Source: a virus
IMG/VR virus record: IMGVR_UViG_3300027782_000032
Coordinates: 1 to 64,000 of that record
Strand: one strand, 5' to 3'
Length of the DNA: 64,000 nucleotides
Under the pieces are notes generated by a model. That model had not been told where the DNA came from and did not search any database. It saw only the letters and a list, made by a program, of their open reading frames with translations. The stretch's first letter is position 1; each line of letters begins with the position of its first letter. The position numbers and the translations under genes were made by a program. Positions 1-11,043 of the stretch are shown in pieces.

Positions 1-3000
1 AGTTCTAGTTACTGAAAGTATTGGAGCAGTTACTGTTGTGCCATCGAAAGTAAAACTCGAAGATCCAGCGGCAGCATTGCTTCCGTCTTTATAGACAACT
101 TGATTTGCAGATCCAGCGACTGGGCCGGTTGCTCCCTGAGCTCCTTGGCTTCCTTGATTACCTTGTGAGCCTGCTCCTCCTTGATTGCCTTGAGGCCCTT
201 GTGAGCCTGCTCCTCCTTGGTTTCCTTGTGTTCCTTGAGGGCCTGCTACTCCTTGATTACCTTGAGGGCCTGCTCCTCCTTGGTTTCCTTGTGTTCCTTG
301 AGGGCCTGCTACTCCTTGATTACCTTGAGGGCCTGCTCCTCCTTGGTTGCCTTGAGGGCCTGCTCCTCCTTGGTTGCCTTGAGGGCCCGCTCCTCCTTGG
401 TTGCCTTGAGGGCCCGCTCCTCCTTGGTTGCCTTGAGGGCCTGCTCCTCCTTGGTTGCCTTGTGTTCCTTGAGGGCCTGCTCCTCCTTGGTTGCCTTGTG
501 TTCCTTGAGGGCCTGCTCCTCCTTGATTTCCTTGATTTCCTTGAGTACCTTGATTTCCTTGAGGGCCTGCTCCTCCTTGATTTCCTTGAGGGCCTGCTCC
601 TCCTTGATTACCTTGAGGGCCTGCTCCTCCTTGATTTCCTTGAGGGCCTGAGGCTCCTTGATTTCCTTGAGGGCCAGTAGGGCCAGTAACTCCTATAGTT
701 CCTTGATTTCCTTGAGGTCCGGTAGACCCTGCGGTTCCTTGAGACCCTGAAGTTCCTTGGCTACCCTGCGGTCCTTGATACCCTACGCTAATACCTGAGT
801 ATCCTTGTGATCCTGTATATCCTTGGTAACCGTAATATCCTTGAACACCGTAGTATCCTTGGTAGCCTTGAATACCGTAGTACCCTTGACTTCCTTGGCC
901 TCCATTGTAACCTTGGTTACCTTGATACCCTTGACTTCCTTGGTCTCCATTGTAACCTTGGTTACCTTGATACCCTTGACTTCCTTGATAGCCTTGATAG
1001 CCTTGATAGCCTTGATATCCTTGATATCCTTGATAGCCTTGATATCCTTGATATCCTTGATATCCTTGATATCCTTGATATCCTTGATATCCTTGATAGC
1101 CTTGATAGCCTTGACTTCCTTGATAGCCTTGACTTCCTTGATAGCCTTGACTTCCTTGATAGCCTTGAGCTCCATTAAACCCCTGACATCCTTGCGCTCC
1201 ATCAAACCCTTGAGCTCCATCAAACCCTTGAGCTCCGCAGAATCCTTGAGAACCGTCATAACCTTGTGAGCCGTTAAACCCTTGAGCTCCGCAAAACCCT
1301 TGAGCTCCATCAAACCCTTGAGCTCCATCAAACCCTTGAGATCCATCAAACCCTTGAGCTCCGCAAAACCCTTGAGCTCCATCAAACCCTTGAGCTCCAT
1401 CAAACCCTTGAGATCCATCAAACCCTTGAGCTCCGCAAAACCCTTGAGCTCCATCTAAGCCTTGAGCTCCATCTAAGCCTTGAGCTCCATCTGCTCCATT
1501 TGCTCCTTGAGCTCCGTCTGCTCCGTCTGCTCCGTCAGCGCCAGGGGCACCGTCTGAGCCGTCAGCACCGTCTGAGCCGTCAGCACCCATAGTCCCTTCG
1601 AAACCTTGATTTCCTCTAAAACCTTGAGCTCCTTGAGCTCCTTGCGGTCCTTGTGGCCCTTGAGCTCCTTGCGGTCCTTGAGGTCCTTGAGGGCCTTGAG
1701 CTCCTTGAGGTCCTTGAGCTCCTAAAGGTCCTTGAGCTCCTTGCGGTCCTTGAGCACCTAAAGGGCCTTGAGATCCTTGAGCTCCAGCTTCTCCTTGAGA
1801 TCCAGATTCGCCTTGAGAGCCTTTATCTCCTTGAGCTCCATTATCTCCTTGAGCTCCTCTAAAGCCCATAGGCCCAGGACTTCCTTGAGGACCATCTGGG
1901 CCAGCAAAGCCTGTAAGACCTCGAAATCCAGTAGGTCCTGTAGGGCCTGTAGGGCCTGTATCTCCAACTAGTCCTTTATCTCCAACTAATCCTTTATCTC
2001 CTTTTGCTCCTTTATCTCCTACTTCTCCTTTATCTCCCTCTTCTCCTATATACCCTTGAAGGCCTTTATCCCCCTCTTCTCCTATATACCCTTGAAGGCC
2101 TTTATCTCCTTGAAGGCCTTTATCTCCTTGAGCGCCTTTATCTCCTTGAGCTCCTTTATCTCCTTGAGCTCCTTTATCTCCTTGAGCGCCTTTATCCCCT
2201 TGAGCGCCTTTATCTCCTTGAGCTCCCTTATCTCCATAGGCTCCCTTATCTCCTTGAGCGCCTTTATCTCCTTGAGCGCCTTTATCTCCTTGAGCTCCCT
2301 TATCTCCATAGGCTCCCTTATCTCCTTGAGCTCCCTTATCTCCATAGGCTCCCTTATCTCCTTGAGCTCCCTTATCTCCATAGGCTCCCTTATCTCCTTG
2401 AGCTCCCTTATCTCCATAGGCTCCCTTATCGCCTTGAGCTCCTTTATCTCCATAGGCTCCCTTATCTCCATAGGCTCCCTTATCTCCTTGAGCTCCCTTA
2501 TCTCCATAGGCTCCCTTATCTCCTTGAGCTCCCTTATCTCCATAGGCTCCCTTATCGCCTTGAGCTCCTTTATCTCCATAAGCTCCTTTATCGCCTTGAG
2601 CTCCCTTATCTCCATAGGCTCCCTTATCGCCTTGAGCTCCTTTATCTCCATAAGCTCCTTTATCTCCTTGAGGTCCAGGTGATCCAGGTGATCCGCTTGG
2701 TCCGATTGGTCCTTCGGGTCCTGTAGGAGCTTGAGGTCCAGGCGATCCGCTAGGTCCAGAAGGTCCTGGTCCTCCAGGAGATCCAGGAGGCCCAGGAGGC
2801 CCAGGAGGTCCGCTTGGTCCGCTTGGCCCTTCGGGACCTGTAGGAGCTTGAGGTCCAGGCGATCCGCTAGGTCCAGAAGGTCCTGGTCCTCCAGGAGATC
2901 CAGGAGATCCAGGAGATCCAGGAGTTCCATCTAAACCGTCAGCGCCATCAATACCATCAATACCATCAATACCATCAACACCATCAGCGCCATCAAGTCC

Positions 3001-6000
3001 TTTATCTCCAGTAAGGCCTTTATCTCCTTGAATTCCTTTATATCCTTGAACGCCTCTAAAACCTACAGGGCCTCTAAGACCGTCAGGACCCATAAAACCG
3101 TCAGGACCCCTAAAACCGTCAGGACCCCTAAAACCGTCAGGACCCATATTACCATCAAGTCCTTTATCTCCTTGAACTCCTTTGTCGCCTTGGATTCCTT
3201 TGTCGCCTTGGATTCCTTTGTCGCCTTGGATTCCTTTGTCGCCTTGGATTCCTTTGTCGCCTTGGATTCCTTTGTCGCCTTGAACTCCTTTATCGCCTTG
3301 AATTCCTTTGTCACCTTGGATGCCTTTGTATCCTTGAACACCATCTTCTCCATCATAACCTTGAACGCCTTTATCTCCTTGAACTCCTTTGTCGCCTTGG
3401 ATTCCTTTGTCGCCTTGGATTCCTTTGTCGCCTTGGATTCCTTTGTCGCCTTGGATTCCTTTGTATCCCTGAATACCATCGTCTCCATCATAACCTTGAA
3501 CTCCGTTGTCTCCTTGGTTTCCTCTATAACCTTGAGTTCCTTGGTTTCCTCTATAACCTTGAGTTCCTTGGTTTCCTATGTAACCTTGAGTTCCTTGGTT
3601 TCCTATGTAACCTTGAGTTCCTTGGTTTCCTATGTAACCTTGAGTTCCTTGGTTTCCTATGTAACCTTGAGTTCCTTGGTTTCCTTTGTAGCCTTGATGT
3701 CCTCTATATCCTTGATGTCCTCTATATCCTTGATGTCCTCTGTAGCCTTGGTTTCCTCTATAACCTTGAGTTCCTTGGTTTCCTATGTAACCTTGAGTTC
3801 CTTGGTTTCCTATGTAACCTTGAGTTCCTTGGTTTCCTCTATAACCTTGAGTTCCTTGGTTTCCTCTATAACCTTGAGTTCCTTGGTTTCCTCTATAACC
3901 TTGAGTTCCTTGGTTTCCTCTATAACCTTGGTTTCCTCTATAACCTTGGTTTCCTCTATAGCCTTGGTTTCCTTTATAGCCTTGATATCCTCTGTAGCCT
4001 TGATATCCTCTGTAGCCTTGATATCCTCTGTAGCCTTGATATCCTCTATAGCCTTGATGTCCTTGGTTTCCTTGATAGCCTTGATGGCCTTGATGGCCTT
4101 GATGGCCTTGATGTCCTTGGTTTCCTTGATAGCCTTGGTTTCCATACCCCTGTGGAAGGCTTAGGTCGACTTGAAATTGATATGGGCATTCTGGAGGCTC
4201 TAATCCTGGATAGCTATTAGGAATAGTCCCTGGAGTTATGCTTAGAGATAATATAGGGGCCTGCCCTGAAGGAAGTACATATACATGATTCTCTCCAGGG
4301 GTTGTCCATATATATGGAGCGCAGCCATTGTCACCTTGATGTCCTTGGTTTCCTTGATAGCCTTGGTTTCCTTGATAGCCTTGGTTTCCTTGATAGCCTT
4401 GGTTTCCTTGATAGCCTTGGTTTCCTTGATAGCCTTGGTTTCCTTGATAGCCTTGGTTTCCTTGATAGCCTTGGTTTCCTTGATATCCTTGGTTTCCTTG
4501 ATAGCCTTGGTTTCCTTGATAGCCTGGGTTTCCTTTATAGCCTTGGTTTCCTTGATAGCCTTGTGGAAGGCTTAGGTCGATTTGAAATTGATATGGGCAT
4601 TCTGGAGGTTCCAAGCCTGGATAACTGTTAGGAATAGTTCCTGGAGTTATGCTTAAAGATACTGTAGGAGCTTGACCAGAAGGAAGTACATAAACATGAT
4701 TCTCTCCAGGGGTTGTCCATATGTATGGAGCGCAGCCATTGTCACCTTGATAGCCTTGGTTTCCTTGATAGCCTTGGTTTCCTTGATAGCCTTGGTTTCC
4801 TTGATAGCCTTGGTTTCCTTGATAGCCTTGATAGCCTTGATAGCCTTGATAGCCTTGATATCCTTGATATCCTTGATATCCTTGATATCCTTGATATCCT
4901 TGATATCCTTGACTTCCTTGATAGCCTTGGTTTCCTTGATAACCCTGTGGAAGATCTAATTCAATTTGAAATTGATATGGGCATTCTGGAGGTTCCAAGC
5001 CTGGATAACTGTTAGGAATAGTTCCTGGAGTTATGTTTAAACTTAGGGCAGGAGTTCCACCTGCAGCAATCATATTAACTATGTTCTCTCCAGGAGTAGT
5101 CCATATGTATGGAGTACATCCTCCGTAGCCTTGAGTTCCTTGATATCCTTGGTTTCCTTGATAGCCTTGGTTTCCTTGATAGCCTTGGTTTCCTTGATAG
5201 CCTTGGTTTCCTTGATAGCCTTGGTTTCCTTGATAGCCTTGAGGGCCTGCTGGTATTTCAAAATCAAAATTAAAGGTTGGGGCACACTCTTCAGGATCTT
5301 CAGAAGGTACTTTAGTTATAGTTACTGATGCTTCGTATTTGCTCTGTACAGTAGTTACATCGCCTACCTGTATGCCTACTTGAGGGCAAGGGCCTGCTGG
5401 TATTTCAAAATCAAAGTTAAATGTAGGGGCACATTCTTCTGGGTCTTCAGAAGGTACTTTAGTTACAGTTACTGATGCTTCGTATTTGCTCTGTACAGTA
5501 GTTACATCGCCTACCTGTATTCCTACCTGAGGACAGGGCCCAGCTGGTATTTCAAAATCAAAGTTAAAAGTCGGGGCGCATTCTTGTGGATTTGTAGAAG
5601 GTACAGGAGTTACAGTTACAGAAGCTGGTACATAAGATTGTACTGTAGTTACGTCACCTATCTGAGCTCCAATTTGAGGACAAGGAACTGGAATATCTAA
5701 ACTTATTTGAAATTGATAAGGACACTCTGGAGGTTCTAATCCTGGATAACTATTAGGTATAGTGCCTGGAGTTATAGTTAGAGAAAGCTCAGCAGGTTGT
5801 CCTGCGGCTACAATATTAACTACGTTTTCTCCAGGGCTAGACCAAAGGTATGGAACGCAAGCTTGAGTTCCTTGATATCCTTGATACCCTTGAGGTCCTT
5901 GATACCCTTGATACCCTTGAGGTCCTGATGGTATTTCAAAGTCAAAGTTAAAGGTTGGGGCGCAGTCTTCTGGGTTAGCAGGTGGTAGTTTAGTTATAGT

Positions 6001-7254
6001 TACTGATGCTTCGTAATTGCTTTGTACAGTAGTTACGTCTCCTACTTGTATCCCAACCTGAGGACAGGGACCTGCTGGTATTTCAAAGTCAAAGTTAAAT
6101 GTCGGAGCACAGTCTTGTGGGTTTGTAGAAGGAACTTTAGTTACGGTTACAGAGGCCTGAGTTCCTTGTACAGTAGTTACGTCTCCTACTTGTATCCCAA
6201 CCTGAGGACAGGGTCCAGCTGGTATTTCAAAGTCAAAGTTAAATGTCGGAGCACAATCTTGAGGGTTATTAGAAGGAACTTCAGTCACGGTTACAGAGGC
6301 CTGAGTTCCTTGTACTGTGGTTACAGTACCGACCTGTATGCCTACTTGAGGACATGGACCTGCTGGTATTTCAAAATCAAAGTTAAATGTCGGAGCGCAG
6401 TCTTGTGGATTACTTGATTGTACAGGAGTTACAGTTACAGATGCCTGAGTTCCTTGTACAGTGGTTACAGTACCGACCTGTATGCCTACTTGAGGACATG
6501 GACCTGCTGGTATTTCAAAATCAAAGTTAAATGTCGGAGCGCAGTCTTGAGGGTTTGCTGACTGTACAGAGGTTACGGTTACAGATGCTAGTTCATAGCT
6601 TTGTAATGTAGTTACAGTACCGACCTGTATTCCTACTTGAGGACAGGGCCCAGCTGGTATTTCAAAATCAAAGTTAAATGTCGGAGCACAATCTTGAGGG
6701 TTTGCTGACTGTACAGAGGTTACGGTTACAGAGGCCGACTGAGTGCTATTTAAAGTAGTTACAGTACCGACCTGTATGCCTACTTGAGGACAGGGTCCAG
6801 CTGGTATTTCAAAGTCAAAATTAAAAGTAGGGGCGCAGTCTTGTGGGTTCGCTGACTGTACAGAGGTTACGGTTACAGAAGCTAGTTCATAACTCTGAAC
6901 AGTAGTTACAGTACCAACTTGTATACCTACCTGAGGACAAAGTCCCTCAGGTATTTCAAAATCAAACTGTATAGTAGGTTCGCAGCCTTGTGTACTATTA
7001 ACAGACCGTATTGTTACATTAGCCTGATTGCCTGTTACTGTAGTTGTTGTAGCATTAACTTGTATGGTAGGGCACGGCCCAGTTAGCCCAATAGGCCCAG
7101 TTATACCAGTTATAGGTATATTTATATCTATGTCTGGGCAGTCATATATTGGCGGAGGCGGGTCTGGTAGCGTACAGCTTGATATGAAATCAAAGCTGGA
7201 TATTGCCTCTGTAAAAGGCAGTCCGCATCTACTATTAGCAAATACATCTGCCAT
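1..7254 (-). CDS. Giant collagen-like virion fibre protein, >2418 aa, 3' end outside the window (not in ORF track)
   Basis: ATG at 7254 ([17 protein letters not shown]...). Manual reading of this frame found no stop down to position 1. It contains Cys-bounded beta repeats, short collagen blocks, ~1340 aa of Gly-X-Y and then [25 protein letters not shown]. Confidence 0.9.
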   Translation of the reverse strand, partial: MADVFANSRCGLPFTEAISSFDFISSCTLPDPPPPIYDCPDIDINIPITGITGPIGLTGPCPTIQVNATTTTVTGNQANVTIRSVNSTQGCEPTIQFDFEIPEGLCPQVGIQVGTVTTVQSYELASVTVTSVQSANPQDCAPTFNFDFEIPAGPCPQVGIQVGTVTTLNSTQSASVTVTSVQSANPQDCAPTFNFDFEIPAGPCPQVGIQVGTVTTLQSYELASVTVTSVQSANPQDCAPTFNFDFEIPAGPCPQVGIQVGTVTTVQGTQASVTVTPVQSSNPQDCAPTFNFDFEIPAGPCPQVGIQVGTVTTVQGTQASVTVTEVPSNNPQDCAPTFNFDFEIPAGPCPQVGIQVGDVTTVQGTQASVTVTKVPSTNPQDCAPTFNFDFEIPAGPCPQVGIQVGDVTTVQSNYEASVTITKLPPANPEDCAPTFNFDFEIPSGPQGYQGYQGPQGYQGYQGTQACVPYLWSSPGENVVNIVAAGQPAELSLTITPGTIPNSYPGLEPPECPYQFQISLDIPVPCPQIGAQIGDVTTVQSYVPASVTVTPVPSTNPQECAPTFNFDFEIPAGPCPQVGIQVGDVTTVQSKYEASVTVTKVPSEDPEECAPTFNFDFEIPAGPCPQVGIQVGDVTTVQSKYEASVTITKVPSEDPEECAPTFNFDFEIPAGPQGYQGNQGYQGNQGYQGNQGYQGNQGYQGNQGYQGTQGYGGCTPYIWTTPGENIVNMIAAGGTPALSLNITPGTIPNSYPGLEPPECPYQFQIELDLPQGYQGNQGYQGSQGYQGYQGYQGYQGYQGYQGYQGYQGYQGYQGNQGYQGNQGYQGNQGYQGNQGYQGDNGCAPYIWTTPGENHVYVLPSGQAPTVSLSITPGTIPNSYPGLEPPECPYQFQIDLSLPQGYQGNQGYKGNPGYQGNQGYQGNQGYQGNQGYQGNQGYQGNQGYQGNQGYQGNQGYQGNQGYQGNQGYQGNQGHQGDNGCAPYIWTTPGENHVYVLPSGQAPILSLSITPGTIPNSYPGLEPPECPYQFQVDLSLPQGYGNQGYQGNQGHQGHQGHQGHQGYQGNQGHQGYRGYQGYRGYQGYRGYQGYRGYQGYKGNQGYRGNQGYRGNQGYRGNQGTQGYRGNQGTQGYRGNQGTQGYRGNQGTQGYIGNQGTQGYIGNQGTQGYRGNQGYRGHQGYRGHQGYRGHQGYKGNQGTQGYIGNQGTQGYIGNQGTQGYIGNQGTQGYIGNQGTQGYRGNQGTQGYRGNQGDNGVQGYDGDDGIQGYKGIQGDKGIQGDKGIQGDKGIQGDKGVQGDKGVQGYDGEDGVQGYKGIQGDKGIQGDKGVQGDKGIQGDKGIQGDKGIQGDKGIQGDKGIQGDKGVQGDKGLDGNMGPDGFRGPDGFRGPDGFMGPDGLRGPVGFRGVQGYKGIQGDKGLTGDKGLDGADGVDGIDGIDGIDGADGLDGTPGSPGSPGSPGGPGPSGPSGSPGPQAPTGPEGPSGPSGPPGPPGPPGSPGGPGPSGPSGSPGPQAPTGPEGPIGPSGSPGSPGPQGDKGAYGDKGAQGDKGAYGDKGAQGDKGAYGDKGAQGDKGAYGDKGAQGDKGAYGDKGAQGDKGAYGDKGAYGDKGAQGDKGAYGDKGAQGDKGAYGDKGAQGDKGAYGDKGAQGDKGAYGDKGAQGDKGAQGDKGAQGDKGAYGDKGAQGDKGAQGDKGAQGDKGAQGDKGAQGDKGAQGDKGLQGDKGLQGYIGEEGDKGLQGYIGEEGDKGEVGDKGAKGDKGLVGDKGLVGDTGPTGPTGPTGFRGLTGFAGPDGPQGSPGPMGFRGAQGDNGAQGDKGSQGESGSQGEAGAQGSQGPLGAQGPQGAQGPLGAQGPQGAQGPQGPQGPQGAQGPQGPQGAQGAQGFRGNQGFEGTMGADGSDGADGSDGAPGADGADGADGAQGANGADGAQGLDGAQGLDGAQGFCGAQGFDGSQGFDGAQGFDGAQGFCGAQGFDGSQGFDGAQGFDGAQGFCGAQGFNGSQGYDGSQGFCGAQGFDGAQGFDGAQGCQGFNGAQGYQGSQGYQGSQGYQGSQGYQGYQGYQGYQGYQGYQGYQGYQGYQGYQGYQGYQGYQGYQGSQGYQGNQGYNGDQGSQGYQGNQGYNGGQGSQGYYGIQGYQGYYGVQGYYGYQGYTGSQGYSGISVGYQGPQGSQGTSGSQGTAGSTGPQGNQGTIGVTGPTGPQGNQGASGPQGNQGGAGPQGNQGGAGPQGNQGGAGPQGNQGTQGNQGNQGGAGPQGTQGNQGGAGPQGTQGNQGGAGPQGNQGGAGPQGNQGGAGPQGNQGGAGPQGNQGGAGPQGNQGVAGPQGTQGNQGGAGPQGNQGVAGPQGTQGNQGGAGSQGPQGNQGGAGSQGNQGSQGAQGATGPVAGSANQVVYKDGSNAAAGSSSFTFDGTTVTAPILSVTRT
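118..4143 (-). repeat. In-register Gly-X-Y collagen repeat, ~447 triplets
   Basis: Gly at every third codon ([15 protein letters not shown] blocks). Only two Gly-to-Ala substitutions (GPQAPTG near 2728 and 2845), with register preserved. Confidence 0.95.
4147..5859 (-). repeat. Four copies of a ~59-aa two-Cys hinge domain, mostly flanked by short collagen blocks
   Basis: [56 protein letters not shown] and variants at ~4147-4326, 4561-4737, 4945-5121 and 5689-5859. Confidence 0.9.
5245..7080 (-). repeat. Eleven 48-49 aa (144/147 bp) two-Cys repeats
   Basis: [17 protein letters not shown]...ASVTVT....[26 protein letters not shown] anchors at 5254, 5401, 5548, 5932, 6079, 6223, 6367, 6511, 6658, 6805 and 6952. 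Confidence 0.92.
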
Positions 7255-7349
7255 TAAAGCTTTACCTAGCCTCTACAGGGTTAAAACACAGGTTACTATC
7301 GCATATCTACTATAAGTGCTATTTATTTATTAATCTAGGTTAACTAAGG

Positions 7350-8375
7350 TTATATAACTGCAGACGAAATATAAACATCTGGGTTTGCACATATAGCTAG
7401 ACCATTAAGTGTAGCTTCTATTGAAATAAGGTAATCTGCTTGTGTTGAAGTTAAAGTTATTCCTTTACCTCCAACAACCCACAACCTTTTGCCTCCCATA
7501 CCATTGATCGACTTTATAGTGTCTTTACAGGTAGGGCCTCCACTGTACAGCTCGCTGCCATCTGGTATCTCTTGATCAGTACCCATTTTTATTCCAGGAA
7601 TTAGAGTGCTTGGGTATTTTATAGAAGATGGCTCATCTTTACAGAACTGCCCTTTAATAGCATCCGTAACTGTAGCTGTAAACGTAACAGAGTTTCTAGC
7701 TGAAGATAAGGTGACGTTGCAACTGTAGCCATCTACAAACCTAATGTCTCCAATAAGCCCCTCGTGATATACTAGGTTCTCGTATAGCACTAATGGGTCT
7801 TCTCCGCACCCGCTAGCAGGAGTAGCTTGCTCTGGAGTTTGATTAGCTATGCTTATAGATTGAACATCTGCGCTTTGAAGATTTTTTATAAGAGTCGGCT
7901 CTATAACGTATATCGAATCAACTACTACAATTTCTCCGACATACATAGAGTCAACGATAGAGTCTATATTTCCAAATATTATAAACCCATCCCATAACAG
8001 GTCTTCATCGATGCCAGCTACTGAACTTGAACTTGAACTTGAACTTGAGCTTGAGTTGTTTGAGTTGTAACCTTCATCTAGCTTTACATAAGAGAATGAA
8101 TATGTGAGCTCTGTAGCTGGGTAATTAATGCTAAATACTAAAGATTTATTAATAAGTCCATCTGCATCGCATTTAAACTCTAATATTAATTGATTTATAG
8201 TTTTCTCAATACTGTGCAGCCTTACAGTGTTAACACCGTCTACAAATCCAGACCCGTAATTGACCGCGCAGTTAAACTCTACTACCGTTTCTTTAGGTAT
8301 AGGAGGCTCTACAGCTGGGTCTACGAAAGGGTACGACCTGAACATGTTGTCAAAATAAAAGCCTTGTTTTGCCAT
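7350..8375 (-). CDS. Putative tail fibre-base/structural protein (paralog array member), poly-Ser linker
   Basis: 341 aa. N-terminal RSYPF, GDIRFVDG and IKSING motifs shared with the neighbouring genes. Confidence 0.5.
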   Translation of the reverse strand: MAKQGFYFDNMFRSYPFVDPAVEPPIPKETVVEFNCAVNYGSGFVDGVNTVRLHSIEKTINQLILEFKCDADGLINKSLVFSINYPATELTYSFSYVKLDEGYNSNNSSSSSSSSSSSVAGIDEDLLWDGFIIFGNIDSIVDSMYVGEIVVVDSIYVIEPTLIKNLQSADVQSISIANQTPEQATPASGCGEDPLVLYENLVYHEGLIGDIRFVDGYSCNVTLSSARNSVTFTATVTDAIKGQFCKDEPSSIKYPSTLIPGIKMGTDQEIPDGSELYSGGPTCKDTIKSINGMGGKRLWVVGGKGITLTSTQADYLISIEATLNGLAICANPDVYISSAVI

Positions 8376-8389
8376 TGGTTACAGCTCCG

Positions 8390-9166
8390 TTATCCTACTA
8401 TGGCCTGAAGATCTTGACCAACAAGCTCTACTCTTATACCTGGCAGGCTAGGGTCAGGATAGATCCGCAATATGGTGTCGCTAGCTTGGAAGTTGCCTAC
8501 TACTATCTTGTAATCTCCGTGCTCATCAGGTGGTACGTTATTAATTGTTTTTATAAACCTAGGAGTTATAAAGCTCTCAGGATTATCTCTTCTTTTAAAT
8601 AAAGTATCTCCAACTATGTCTACGCGTATGTTGCCGTCTTCAAGTCTAAGTACTACACCGTCTTCTCCTATTAGCCACACGTTACCATTAACAAGTTCGT
8701 TGTCATAGCTTCTAAGAGAAGACACAGCTTCTCCCGACATAGTAAGAACTACTGACGGCACGAACTCTGCAGCCTCTCTTAGTATGTGCTCTCCTATTGG
8801 CCAAGTCTGTAAGAACGCCATGGCTACTGAATCTACAACCATTATGCCTGCCGGCCTTCCCAGCGTATCTGTAAACGTTATTACTTCTGGTATGCTAAAA
8901 GGATCAAGCGTTGCTACAGCTGCCTTCTTATTTGAAGAGTTACCTACGTATATTTTAAGCTCTGGTCCTACGCCTGTGGCTATTTCTATGCTAGTTATAA
9001 AAAGCCTAGAACTCCAATTTACTAAATAGAAAGAGGCGTCATATATGGCTGACTTATCTATTAGTAAATTGCTTGCTGTTAAAAGTGTTGAGTTGTCAGA
9101 GAAAGGGTACTTTGTATCTTTAACTTGGTCCCTCCACTCGTATCCATACTCTTGTTTATAGCTCAT
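8390..9166 (-). CDS. Putative tail fibre-base/structural protein (paralog array member)
   Basis: 258 aa. W....DTKYPF, GNVWLIG and IKTINNVPPDEHG motifs. Confidence 0.5.
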   Translation of the reverse strand: MSYKQEYGYEWRDQVKDTKYPFSDNSTLLTASNLLIDKSAIYDASFYLVNWSSRLFITSIEIATGVGPELKIYVGNSSNKKAAVATLDPFSIPEVITFTDTLGRPAGIMVVDSVAMAFLQTWPIGEHILREAAEFVPSVVLTMSGEAVSSLRSYDNELVNGNVWLIGEDGVVLRLEDGNIRVDIVGDTLFKRRDNPESFITPRFIKTINNVPPDEHGDYKIVVGNFQASDTILRIYPDPSLPGIRVELVGQDLQAIVG

Positions 9167-9180
9167 TATAGATTACCTTA

Positions 9181-11043
9181 TTAGCTTACAAAGAAGTGTG
9201 AGAATACAACAGACCCACTACCAACAGTACCGAATCCTACCAGACATCCTGAGTCTGATAGCTCTAACAGCTGCAGATTAATACTTGCGATAGCATACAG
9301 GTCTATGTCAGCAGAGTAACCAGGTATTGGAGTTACTACTGGGGCTACATACTCTGGGTAGTCTGATGATCCAGAGCTTGAGTTTACATAAGTGCTTTGA
9401 CTACTTTCAGATGAACTTACATGTAAGTACTCAGACGAGCTTGATATGACTGGCTCTGTAGGTATAGGCCAATATTCATTAGCTAAAAACATCCTCAGCC
9501 TGTAATAAGCTTTGTTGTCAGGAAGGTTGTAGCTTGTATCTTTTTGAAAGTCTAAAGAGTACCATACTCCAGCTTTTATATTAGGAACAGGAGCTGATCT
9601 ACCTGAAGATATCCAATTAAGACCGTCCCATCTATAAACCTCTAAGCATTTAGATGAAAAATTAAAAACACCTATTAAATAACTTTTAACATACTTGTTG
9701 CAAGCTTCAGAATATATGGTGGAGTAGTCTAGTATAACTCCTGCAGCTCCTGTAGTGGACCCATTAGAGAACACGAATGTAACTGAAGCCCTTACTCCTA
9801 TTCCAGCTTCATATGGGTAGTTTCTTTGGTAAGTGTGAGAATCCGTTGCAGGGTCATTCCATACAGACGTAAATCTAGAGCCTGTGCTCACTACAGCTAG
9901 CCCTGAACTTTCATTACCTAAAGGAAATCCTCTATTAAACGCTGTAGCTACAAACTGATAAGATCCATTTACAACTTCAAAATGGCTCGGAACTGCTGTG
10001 GAGTAGATTGGCTTTATTAAGTTGTCTGCGTAAGGAAGCATAGTAGGTTCAATAACTTCGCTATTCAGTGCAGGGTTTATATCTACATTACTTCCAGTCT
10101 CAGCTACAGCGTCCTGATCTCCTTCAGCCGCTGATATGTCAGCACACTCATCTGCGTACTCGTTGGGTAGTTTACCTGACTCGTCAGGAAGGAAGTCGTT
10201 TCTTATGCAGGCTTCGGCCATGCCTAGTGGCATCTCTACGGCTATGCCTTTAAGGTCGCTGTTTACCAAAGTAGTTGATGTAATTTGGTTTCTAGAGAAC
10301 ACAAGGTTTATATTGCCGTAGCAGTCAGGCTGTATGTTATTAAGGTACTCTACGCTTATCTTATTACAAGATTCGCTCTCAGGGCGACCTTGGCACTTTC
10401 CAATATACTTCTTGTAAAGATTTTCTGTAGAAGTCTGGCTCTTTAATTTAAATATTAGAGCATCTACGGTGCCTACTCCTTTTACATATCTCTGACCGCG
10501 TACTATGTCTAGGTCTCCAACTGGGCTTAATAGCACATCTTTTTTTAATAAAGCTGTTTCGTTATTAACTGATATAGAGGTTACTCCTGGAAGCTTATAA
10601 GTCATAGACGCTCTAGGCGCTATTATTGACTGGCTTGCTTTACTAAATCTTGCAGCAAAAGGTTTTTCAATTCCTTCACCAAATACTATCCAACCTACTA
10701 CTCCTTTAGTTATTGCAGTTAAGCTGTAAGGCACTCCGGCTATTACAGGCTTAGGTATTGAGACTACTGCTAGAGGTTTAAACTGGTCGTATGGATCGTC
10801 TTCACCAGTCTCTAGAGGGTACCTAGTGCAGCCTAGAAAGGTAACTGTTACTATTTTTGAAGTGCAGTTTATGCTTCCTATAGACGCAAACTTACATAGG
10901 CTGTCTGGAAACCTTATACGAAGATCTACTATTATGTCGTTTGGAAGCTCAAACCCTTCATCAGATTCTCCAGTAGCAATATCGTCTATAGGGTATCGCT
11001 TTGTAGAGTTAGAGTTAAACCAGTTGTTGTTAATTACAGACAT
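9181..11043 (-). CDS. Putative tail fibre/structural protein (paralog array member) with C-terminal beta-rich extension
   Basis: 620 aa. WFNSNSTKRYPI and YLNNIQPDCYGN motifs; Ser-rich linker. Confidence 0.5.
   Translation of the reverse strand: MSVINNNWFNSNSTKRYPIDDIATGESDEGFELPNDIIVDLRIRFPDSLCKFASIGSINCTSKIVTVTFLGCTRYPLETGEDDPYDQFKPLAVVSIPKPVIAGVPYSLTAITKGVVGWIVFGEGIEKPFAARFSKASQSIIAPRASMTYKLPGVTSISVNNETALLKKDVLLSPVGDLDIVRGQRYVKGVGTVDALIFKLKSQTSTENLYKKYIGKCQGRPESESCNKISVEYLNNIQPDCYGNINLVFSRNQITSTTLVNSDLKGIAVEMPLGMAEACIRNDFLPDESGKLPNEYADECADISAAEGDQDAVAETGSNVDINPALNSEVIEPTMLPYADNLIKPIYSTAVPSHFEVVNGSYQFVATAFNRGFPLGNESSGLAVVSTGSRFTSVWNDPATDSHTYQRNYPYEAGIGVRASVTFVFSNGSTTGAAGVILDYSTIYSEACNKYVKSYLIGVFNFSSKCLEVYRWDGLNWISSGRSAPVPNIKAGVWYSLDFQKDTSYNLPDNKAYYRLRMFLANEYWPIPTEPVISSSSEYLHVSSSESSQSTYVNSSSGSSDYPEYVAPVVTPIPGYSADIDLYAIASINLQLLELSDSGCLVGFGTVGSGSVVFSHFFVS

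Noticed and set aside
105-5328. About 20 track ORFs with Leu-, Ser/Leu/Ile- or Lys/Glu-rich repeats (e.g. 105-680, 783-1454, 2082-2930, 3028-4164)
   Set aside because: They are alternative-frame and antisense shadows of the Gly-X-Y repeat; the collagen frame is continuous over the whole region.
118-7080. Tandem repeats as a possible CRISPR array
   Set aside because: Units are multiples of 3 bp, in frame and coding, without unique spacers; no cas genes.
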